Both the position numbers and the translations under genes were made by a program. A DNA stretch of 64,000 bases from Centroscyllium fabricii (lineage: Eukaryota). The notes under the pieces were generated by a model. It saw only the letters and a list, made by a program, of their open reading frames with translations. It was not told the DNA's origin and did not search any database. This document shows, in pieces, positions 59,501-64,000 of this stretch. The DNA lies in contig JBNRSN020000007.1 in the NCBI GenBank assembly GCA_051313645.2, forward strand, positions 56,358,001 through 56,422,000, given 5' to 3'. Within the stretch, counting starts at the first letter, position 1. The number at the start of each line of letters is the position of its first letter.

Positions 59501-61417
59501 GTTTCTATAACCAGGCAAATGTGGAAGGATGCTTCTCCTGCCCTCGACACATTGCGCATCTCCTGATTTATTAATGAGGATCATCTTTCATTCGTGCCAG
59601 CTGCTATTGGCTCGATGTTGCAGGCAAAACTCTTGGCTGCTCTCGTTAATTGCCTTGCTTGGAGCATTACCGCCAGGAGGCCTGCAAGTAATATTGGGAG
59701 TTGGGAACTAGTGCAAGTGACTGGGGATCATCCTTTGAGCTGTGTAAGGCATGCAAGCATTGTGTAAAGAGGGTAGGGTAGGAAAGCCTTTAATTTACCC
59801 TGTGACTGCTAGTGTAACAACACTTTTTAATAGGGTAACCTATAAAATAGGACAATGGAATATATTCATATCCATTGTTGGTTTTTGAGTGGGCTGTCCT
59901 TGAATTTCTAAAATATTAACTAGTCACAAAAGAGTTTTTTCCACTTACCTCTGTGCCTCATTAATTAGAGCCATTTTTCCCCTCATTTTTTGGTGAATTG
60001 TCATGGGCAAAGCAAACCCCACCATCCCACTTTTGAACTGTGGGGTGGGGGGGGGGGGTTTGCAGCCATACCTCTAGGCCACTGACCCAGCACAACAAGA
60101 GGTGAATGATACACTGACAAGTTTACAGGTGCCTCCCTTTTATCATTGGAAGCGGTTTATTTATCTTTTAACAAGTGTTCCTGCAGAATGACTGACACTG
60201 CAGTGCATGTCCCCATTTCCAGAGTGTCACCCATCCCCAATGATTGTGATGACTTTTAGCTCTGCCCAAGTTTGAAATGGATATACAACCTCTTATCTGA
60301 AACCCTTGGGGCCAGATGTGTTTCGGAATTTTGAAAGTTTCACACTGAAATTAAACTCAAACTCACAAAATAACACAAAATATCAGAGAGCAGCAGAAGC
60401 ACGTGTGACTGGTAGCAGCGCTGAGACACAAATGACTCCTCACACCTGCGTGGGTCAAGCGTCGGCCAAGTCGGGTCCTGTTTGGCACAACTCGGGTCAT
60501 GTCGTGCACACGAGTGACGCTCCACAAAAAAAGAGTTTTCAGAGCTTTTTGATTTTTGGAATTGCCGATAAGGGGGTGTATTACCTGTATAATATTTTGG
60601 TTAAATGTGTTTTTATTGAATTTGTTTGCAGTCTGTGTAAGTGGTAAAATTAAGTTTCTTTTGTTGTTGTTGTTCAGGTTTTTGCATGCAATCTCTGTAT
60701 TGAGTAGGTTTAGCAATACCTAGTTCCAATTTAAATCTTCTTCCACTTTGTCCCAATTAAATCTCAGTTTACAGCCAACTTGGGTTGAATTGTAGTTTTA
60801 TGCAGTGGGCTCATGCCTGGTAGGTACTTGGTTGAACTGCAGAAGACTCATTTTACTTAACTGGTTTCAGGTTGCACAGTGTCGTGACCTTTTTCTCCCA
60901 TTGGTCTGAGCTGAATTCAAATCCAAATCCCAGATGTTAGTGTGTGCGCCCCACGGTGCTCTTGAACCTGTTCATTCAGCTACCAACATTTAAACATTTT
61001 TTTTTTAACCGTTTCATTTAGGTACGCTAACGAAATGTATTGAACATTTATAATATTTCAAAAATGAGAAATAACTAGCATATTTGTGTTTTGTCCCAGA
61101 AACTCTGTTTGGTCGTACGCCATGCACCTGTTGCACGACTCGCGCAGACTAGTGCAAGTACAGAGATGTGCAGTAGTGACCTCAAATGACTTCCACATTA
61201 TTACGTGGATGATTTTTGGAAAAAAAAATAACAACTTATTGAGGTTTTGTAAACATGCACACCCACAAATGTGCACACTCTCAAACGTGCACAGTCACAA
61301 ACATTGGCTCAGTTTGTTTCAAACAATCTGTGTCTTTTGTTTGCAGATGAGGCGCAGGAGTCTAAGAATGCGACGTCTCCGACTCCCTCTCCGACTCCCT
61401 CTCCCACGAAATTTGAA
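11494..61417 (+). CDS. ZMYM3: ZMYM3 ortholog, partial multi-exon CDS: join(11494..11567,11686..11752,13078..13429,20873..21038,23884..24096,30472..30622,33201..33316,40307..40393,43127..43277,48428..48600,51865..52030,61347..61417). The 5' and 3' ends lie outside the window.
   Basis: The spliced translation gives tandem MYM (CxxC...FCxxxC) fingers. Stretches such as [75 protein letters not shown] and [40 protein letters not shown] match recalled vertebrate ZMYM3. All introns are GT-AG and all phases join without stops. Confidence 0.93.
11686..11752 (+). CDS. ZMYM3: Probable ZMYM3 exon ([22 protein letters not shown])
   Basis: ttgcag acceptor, AAAG|gtaagt consensus donor, phase 0 to 1, in frame with the exon at 13078. 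Confidence 0.7.
12310..12653 (-). mobile_element. Rex1/Babar-like LINE 3' end
   Basis: The minus strand encodes [44 protein letters not shown], followed by a short UTR and a (TTGAA)n tail. Confidence 0.8.
13078..13429 (+). CDS. ZMYM3: ZMYM3 exon with an AQ/AEAQ repeat and the first MYM finger ([31 protein letters not shown]...CTFCN)
   Basis: Polypyrimidine tract plus cag acceptor, AA|gtaagc donor, strong ZMYM3 similarity. Confidence 0.95.
13880..14045 (-). mobile_element. 5'-truncated HE1-like SINE (tail only)
   Basis: Matches the tail of the full-length copies. Confidence 0.8.
14100..16233 (+). mobile_element. CR1 LINE 3' portion with tail, interrupted at 15559..15804
   Basis: RT motifs, [14 protein letters not shown] and a CR1 3' UTR. 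Confidence 0.93.
15559..15804 (-). mobile_element. Short non-coding retroposon with a Rex1-like tail, nested in CR1
   Basis: GTATT TSD (15554-15558 and 15805-15809), (TTGAAA)n tail, GC-rich non-coding body. Confidence 0.65.
16548..16665 (-). mobile_element. SINE/CR1 3' tail fragment
   Basis: (CATAGAAA)n followed by GGAGCAGGAGTAGGCCATTCGGCCCTTCGAGCC. Confidence 0.75.
17901..18116 (+). mobile_element. 5'-truncated HE1-like SINE
   Basis: Reverse complement of the 3' half of the minus-strand copies. Confidence 0.8.
18646..18793 (+). mobile_element. Short Penelope-type insert with a mutated hammerhead (GAAA to GAAC) at 18704..18740
   Basis: CTCCTTTTT repeated on both flanks; homologous to the other copies. 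Confidence 0.75.
18800..20130 (-). mobile_element. Ancient CR1 endonuclease-region fragment interrupted by a SINE (copy at 1..1180)
   Basis: Minus-strand YRPP and (G/D)DFNYP APE-endonuclease motifs. Confidence 0.55.
19451..19846 (-). mobile_element. HE1-like V-SINE
   Basis: Same sequence as 501..896. Confidence 0.88.
20233..20269 (-). ncRNA. Minimal hammerhead ribozyme motif with a canonical CUGAUGA core
   Basis: Same as 1283..1319. Confidence 0.75.
20873..21038 (+). CDS. ZMYM3: ZMYM3 exon ([33 protein letters not shown]...[10 protein letters not shown])
   Basis: ttttttccag acceptor, AAG|gtgaga donor, phase 2 to 0. Confidence 0.95.
22185..22589 (-). mobile_element. HE1-like V-SINE
   Basis: Same sequence as 3243..3644. 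Confidence 0.88.
23033..23315 (-). mobile_element. Deu-domain SINE (SacSINE1-like) fragment; duplicate at 4088..4370
   Basis: AGTCACTGTTGTAAT.TAGGAAAC...CCCACAAACAGCAATGAGATAATGACCAGAT...GATGTTGGTTGAGGGATAAATATTGG, recurring in several copies. Confidence 0.65.
23884..24096 (+). CDS. ZMYM3: ZMYM3 exon ([38 protein letters not shown]...[13 protein letters not shown])
   Basis: ctctag acceptor, AAG|gtaaat donor, 71 intact codons. Confidence 0.95.
24272..24510 (-). mobile_element. SacSINE1-like fragment; duplicate at 5322..5560
   Basis: Shared core plus the tRNA-head remnant GTGGGGCTTGAACCCACAAC. Confidence 0.5.
25430..26530 (+). mobile_element. L2 LINE 3' fragment (partial copy at 6470..6939)
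   Basis: [14 protein letters not shown](V)TSRLxYSNAL-type remnants and an L2-type 3' end (TGTGAAGTGCCTTGG...TATAAAT). Confidence 0.75.
26860..28205 (+). mobile_element. 5'-truncated CR1 LINE
   Basis: [25 protein letters not shown] and [13 protein letters not shown] motifs; (TTTCTATG)n tail. Confidence 0.93.
28777..30392 (-). mobile_element. 5'-truncated CR1 LINE
   Basis: Minus-strand CR1 RT/C-terminal ORF fragments, tail at 28777. Confidence 0.93.
30472..30622 (+). CDS. ZMYM3: ZMYM3 exon ([50 protein letters not shown])
   Basis: Long pyrimidine tract plus cag, G|gtacta donor, MYM finger. Confidence 0.95.
31345..31756 (+). mobile_element. Tigger/pogo-like MITE (same family)
   Basis: TA|CAGGTTGAGCACCGTTAATC...GATTAACGGTGCTCAACCTG|TA perfect TIRs. 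Confidence 0.9.
32155..33078 (-). mobile_element. RTE-clade LINE, 5'-truncated, with a 20-bp TSD
   Basis: [43 protein letters not shown] and a C-terminal CPTC...HLQTH knuckle. TGGTTCTGGGGTAGTTGAGT occurs at 32135-32154 and 33079-33098. Confidence 0.9.
33201..33316 (+). CDS. ZMYM3: ZMYM3 exon ([39 protein letters not shown]); absent from the ORF track
   Basis: ttattacag acceptor, CAG|gtaaat donor, phase 1 to 0, MYM finger motif. Confidence 0.93.
35029..35645 (-). mobile_element. Longer member of the same Penelope-type family, with a degenerate hammerhead (35081..35118) and a large fold-back
   Basis: 35029-35300 is homologous in reverse orientation to 9100-9360; hairpin at 35271-35504. Confidence 0.7.
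35700..36108. mobile_element. GC-rich MITE fragment, Harbinger-like end AAAATCGCCCCC
   Basis: GGCGGG/CCCGCC-rich internal inverted motifs and a TIR-like end. Confidence 0.4.
37140..39039 (+). mobile_element. 5'-truncated CR1 LINE containing a nested SINE
   Basis: CR1 RT motifs and 3' tail. Confidence 0.92.
37517..37848 (-). mobile_element. HE1-like V-SINE (short-tail subfamily) nested in a CR1
   Basis: Splits the CR1 PVDV|VYLDFQKAFD motif; ATGT flanks both sides. Confidence 0.88.
39672..39730. repeat. AT-rich compound microsatellite (ATTA)n(TATT)n(AAT)n
   Basis: Read directly from the sequence. Confidence 0.85.
40307..40393 (+). CDS. ZMYM3: ZMYM3 exon ([29 protein letters not shown])
   Basis: ccttgcag acceptor, CAG|gtaagg donor, 29 codons resembling ZMYM3 SPEG.I.L.C.YCH..F.GKPE.LDWQ. 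Confidence 0.93.
41495..42225. mobile_element. PIF/Harbinger-like MITE
   Basis: ATG|GGGCCAGAAATT ... AAATACTGGCCC|ATG: short TIRs with a 3-bp TSD. Confidence 0.6.
42405..42730 (-). mobile_element. SacSINE1-like fragment
   Basis: TGAGGGATAAATGTTGG...GCAGCACTCCCTCAGTACTGCAC...GGAGTGGGGCTTGAA...CCACTGAGCC. Confidence 0.6.
42861..42863 (+). other. Candidate 3-nt microexon (CAG, Gln) or recursive-splicing AG|GT site
   Basis: ctcactttcttttgttgcag-CAG-gtgagt: a strong acceptor followed immediately by a perfect donor inside a phase-0 intron. Confidence 0.55.
43127..43277 (+). CDS. ZMYM3: ZMYM3 exon ([50 protein letters not shown])
   Basis: Pyrimidine tract plus tag, G|gtatga donor, phase 0 to 1. 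Confidence 0.95.
43560..46000 (+). mobile_element. Old L2 LINE remnant interrupted by CR1 and SINE tails
   Basis: C/T-rich L2-like sequence, YADDT-like atgctgatgacacc, and an aaaggtgctatacaa end. Confidence 0.55.
44420..44925 (-). mobile_element. CR1 3' end nested in an old L2
   Basis: [28 protein letters not shown]; (CATAAGAA)-type tail. Confidence 0.9.
46872..47430 (+). mobile_element. Young CR1 3' end with an uninterrupted C-terminal ORF
   Basis: [15 protein letters not shown]...[15 protein letters not shown]...GY* followed by the 3' UTR. Confidence 0.92.
48428..48600 (+). CDS. ZMYM3: ZMYM3 exon ([58 protein letters not shown])
   Basis: tctgcag acceptor, AAG|gtcagt donor, very close to recalled ZMYM3. 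Confidence 0.96.
49300..50845 (+). mobile_element. Ancient, highly decayed CR1
   Basis: Residual LVK.QL.HCVQFW..YLRKD and CR1 3' UTR-like sequence. Confidence 0.6.
51375..51775 (+). repeat. Ancient CR1-type 3' end with a long UTR; homologous inverted copy at 61850..62140
   Basis: Shared blocks ATCAAATGCTCCATGGAACA..GTGGTTC.TG...TGCTGGGAC and TTTTGCAGAACTTTCCCTC. Confidence 0.6.
51865..52030 (+). CDS. ZMYM3: ZMYM3 exon ([55 protein letters not shown])
   Basis: ccttcag acceptor, A|gtaagt donor, last MYM finger in the window. Confidence 0.96.
53355..53785 (-). mobile_element. Near full-length SacSINE1-like SINE
   Basis: L2-like tail, Deu-like core and tRNA-like head (CTCAGAGGTGAGAATGCTACCACTGAGCCA). 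Confidence 0.65.
54588..54910 (-). mobile_element. Tigger/pogo-like MITE (same family, reverse orientation)
   Basis: TA|CAGGTTGTGCACCGTTAATC...GATTAACGGTGCACAACCTG|TA. Confidence 0.9.
56165..57020 (-). mobile_element. CR1 3' portion with a duplicated terminal motif
   Basis: [17 protein letters not shown]...RPHLEYC on the minus strand. Confidence 0.9.
57128..57345 (+). mobile_element. Unclassified LINE-type 3' end
   Basis: KTWNSLP-type remnant (AAACCTGGAACTCCCTACC), then AATAAATGCTGGC and an A-rich end. Confidence 0.45.
58228..58400 (-). mobile_element. SacSINE1-like 3' fragment
   Basis: AAAGTGCTTTACAGCCAATGAAGTA...GTAGTCACTGTTGTAATGT.GGAAAC. Confidence 0.6.
58968..59494 (+). mobile_element. 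Tigger/pogo-like MITE with an internal GC-rich minisatellite
   Basis: TA|CAGGTAGAGCAC...GTGCTCAACCTG|TA; internal repeats of CCGAACGCGGGCTGGGCCGGGACT... Confidence 0.88.
60283..60587 (+). mobile_element. Older Tigger/MER2-like MITE
   Basis: CCTCTTATCTGAAACCCTTGGGGCCAGATGTGTTTCGGAATTT ... GATAAGGGGGTGTATTACCTG|TA. Confidence 0.6.
61347..61417 (+). CDS. ZMYM3: ZMYM3 exon ([24 protein letters not shown])
   Basis: tttgtttgcag acceptor, GAA|gtaagt donor, phase 1 to 0. Positionally equivalent to the S/T/P-rich linker following GPESLLN. Confidence 0.8.
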
Positions 61418-62204
61418 GTAAGTAAAGTTTTTTTTGTTTTGAATGATCTTCCACCTACCACAAGAGTGGATTGAAGTGTGTTTTTTTTTTGTTACCATTT
61501 TAACTCCACATCCAGTGTGCTTCCTCCCATGCTCCGGGTGCTAGCTGAACAGCTGAATGCCTGAGGTAAGTGCATCCATATTCCATTCATAACTTTACCA
61601 AAAAAATGGTTCCAGAATTAAAGAAAAGTTGCCATGGAAATTGGATGCACTCTGTACACTCCAGGCATATTGAGCATGCTGTCAAAGGTCAGGAAATCAA
61701 ATTTTATCATTTTTTAAATCACCTAAGTCTTAATCCTTTATTTTTGTTTTTGCTTTGTGTTACTCTACAGAATGTGAAATTTTGTTTCTGGTTTTGTGTA
61801 ACAGCTACCTAAACATACTGGATACAAACAAATGTAAGAAAGCATTGAACAAGAAAAGACTTATATGGCTTATCAAGCTCACTTCCTCCACAGACCGTGT
61901 ACAATCTGTCCTATGATGGATTCCATGCCAGCAGTGTAATCATAAGAGGGAAAGTTCTGCAAAATATCGTATGGTCTCCAATGATAGTTGAATAAAACTC
62001 CACAGTTTCTGCCTTGTATTTGTCTTACTCGTTCAAAAGTAGTCAGCTGCCCTCCACAGTCCCAGCACTGCAAGAACCACTCTGTTCCATGGAGCATTTG
62101 ATTTATCTTTGTGCTTATCCTATCGTCAAACCCATTATTAACCATTTATTTTATATAACTTTTATTTATTAAGGAGTTAATCAGCAAAGCATTGGTAAAA
62201 AGCA

Positions 62205-62323
62205 GTGTGAATGCTGAATATCTGAAATAAAAACAAAAAAATGCTGGAAACGTACAGCAGGCCATTCAACATCTGAAAGAGAAAAATAGGTAAAGTTTCA
62301 GATTTGACTCTTCATCAGAACTG
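62205..62323 (-). mobile_element. Member of a second, older hammerhead-bearing Penelope-type repeat family
   Basis: Minus strand reads CAGTT-CTGATGA-AGAGTCAAATCT-GAAA-CTTT...GATGTTGAATGGCCTGCTG...TTTCCAGCATTTT. Related pieces at 55070-55260, 16667-16740 and 37095-37140. Confidence 0.55.
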
Positions 62324-62910
62324 TGTATTTAAGCATATTTTGTTTGTATTTCAGTTTGTAAAGCATAAACTGCTTTCATTTGGGAGTCTCTTGCACATCT
62401 TCACTACCATGGGAAGAGGGAAATGACATTGAGCTGAAAACCTTAGTCTCATAGTGTATTTCTTAGTTTTATTTATACCCAGAAATATTCCTTTTAAATG
62501 GGATGGAAGGTAATTCTGTGAGTAAATAGAAATATTCACAGGTACTTCATCAGAGTTCCTTCCTTACCTGCAGTTGTTTGAGGTTTACATTCTGAGTCCT
62601 TATTTTAAACCATTCCTTCTAAACAATTTGTTTGGTGCCCTGTGGACGCAAAGAACTGGAGTGCTAACAGACGGGGGAGGGGGTTTCTGGTCCTCTTCTG
62701 TCTGCTGTGTTGAATGTAGCTGGATTTTGAGTGTTTGGGGTCCTTTACGTTAAGAAGATACAATCAGAAAGGGGAGAAGCCCAGTAACAGTTTAATATTT
62801 CACCCATACAACTGAAGGGTGGTTGTAGATAAAATCGGTGCCTGCCCCAATTATGAAATTGGGCTACCTTCAGACCATGATTGACTGTAAAATAATCATT
62901 GATGTTAAAA

Positions 62911-63298
62911 CATAGAAACATAGAAGATAGGAGCAGGAGTAGGCCATTCGGCCCTTCGAGCCTGCTCCGCCATTCAATGAGATCATGGCTGATCATCCAA
63001 ACCCAGCACCCCGCCCCTGCCTTGTCCCCAGATCCCTCTCAAACATGCACCGACCCATATCCTGCCCTATCCCCGTAACCCCACATACTCAATCCCCCTA
63101 ACACTAAGGGTCAATTTATCCTGGCCAATCAACCTAACCCGCACATCTTTGGACTGTGGGAGGAAACCGGAGCACCCGGAGGAAACCCACGCAGACACGG
63201 GGAGAATGTGCAAACTCCACACAGATAGTACCTGAGGCTGGATTTGAACCCGGGTCTCCAGTGCTGTGAGGCAACAGTGCTAACCACTGTGCCACCGT
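62911..63298 (-). mobile_element. HE1-like V-SINE
   Basis: Same architecture as the other copies. Confidence 0.88.
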
Positions 63299-63596
63299 AA
63301 AGAGGCACAGTACTTGTTGGGGGGCTGGGCAGGAAAAGAGCTACAGCATGTTGCTTATTGCAAAGATTTGAAATTATGGATTGTTGCGTTCAAAGAACAG
63401 CAAAATCTAATTTTGTGTTAAAAGGTTGGAAGAATTCTAGTGTGATTCAGAATGTTGTGTGTTTTCAGTCATCACCTTGTGATTTTGTTCATATAACTTC
63501 CAGTGACATTCCATATATTCTTTGGAGACTGGCAATGTCTTTATCAATGTATTTTTTCCCCCCATTTTATCCCTCTTAACCCATTCTGGGGTTCAG

Positions 63597-63833
63597 TTTT
63601 GTGATTGTGAGCAGCTCTCTGGTACCTCACCCAGTGGCCATTCTTCATGTGCAAGCTTGGGCAGTGAATGTGAGGGGGACAGCACAGCACAACCAGATTC
63701 TGCCGTCTCTTCCGATAACCCCACAGGTACACTTGAGCAGGCGTCACTAGATAGTAATTCGGAACAGAACCGTGGCTGTGATTTACGAGGGGTGAGGGAG
63801 GCCTCTTGTGACCCCACTACCACACTGGCTGAG
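63597..63833 (+). CDS. Candidate symmetric (phase 0-0) 79-codon Ser/Asp/Glu-rich cassette exon of ZMYM3
   Basis: Pyrimidine-rich tract and ctcttaac branch-like site before gttcag, open frame FCDCEQLSGTSPSGHSS...TTTLAE, GAG|gttagc donor, in frame with the 61347 exon. No recognised homology. Confidence 0.45.
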
Positions 63834-64000
63834 GTTAGCTGACTCAACACAGACCAAGAATTCAACCTGGAAACTTCCTTGTCTGTATGATCAGTTTCAC
63901 ATGTGATCTATTAATCCACTTGGGGTAAAGTAGTTCATTGTTCAGAATTAATTCTTCCAGTAATGTGGTAACTGCTGTATATTTCTAATTTTAAAATGTT

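Overview
Eukaryotic vertebrate genomic DNA, most likely a cartilaginous fish (shark or ray); this is inferred from HE1/V-SINE-like and SacSINE1/Deu-like SINEs and abundant CR1 LINEs. The window covers the middle of a + strand ZMYM3 gene (MYM-type zinc-finger protein). Twelve phase-compatible GT-AG coding exons lie between 11494 and 61417, with two further candidates: a 3-nt microexon or recursive splice site at 42861 and a 237-nt Ser/acidic cassette exon at 63597. Bases 1-6939 are a near-identical second copy of 18951-25899 ending at a 200-N gap, most likely a false (haplotype or contig-overlap) duplication. The introns are packed with CR1, L2, RTE and Rex1/Babar LINE fragments, tRNA-derived SINEs, and Tigger/pogo-, hAT- and Harbinger-like MITEs. 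The most unusual signals are (i) short non-coding Penelope-type inserts carrying minimal hammerhead ribozymes, repeatedly integrated as long fold-back palindromes with target-site duplications (TSDs), (ii) CpG-rich MITEs dense in NRF1- and YY1-like motifs, and (iii) the microexon/ratchet site. All calls come from reading the sequence by eye; no searches were run.
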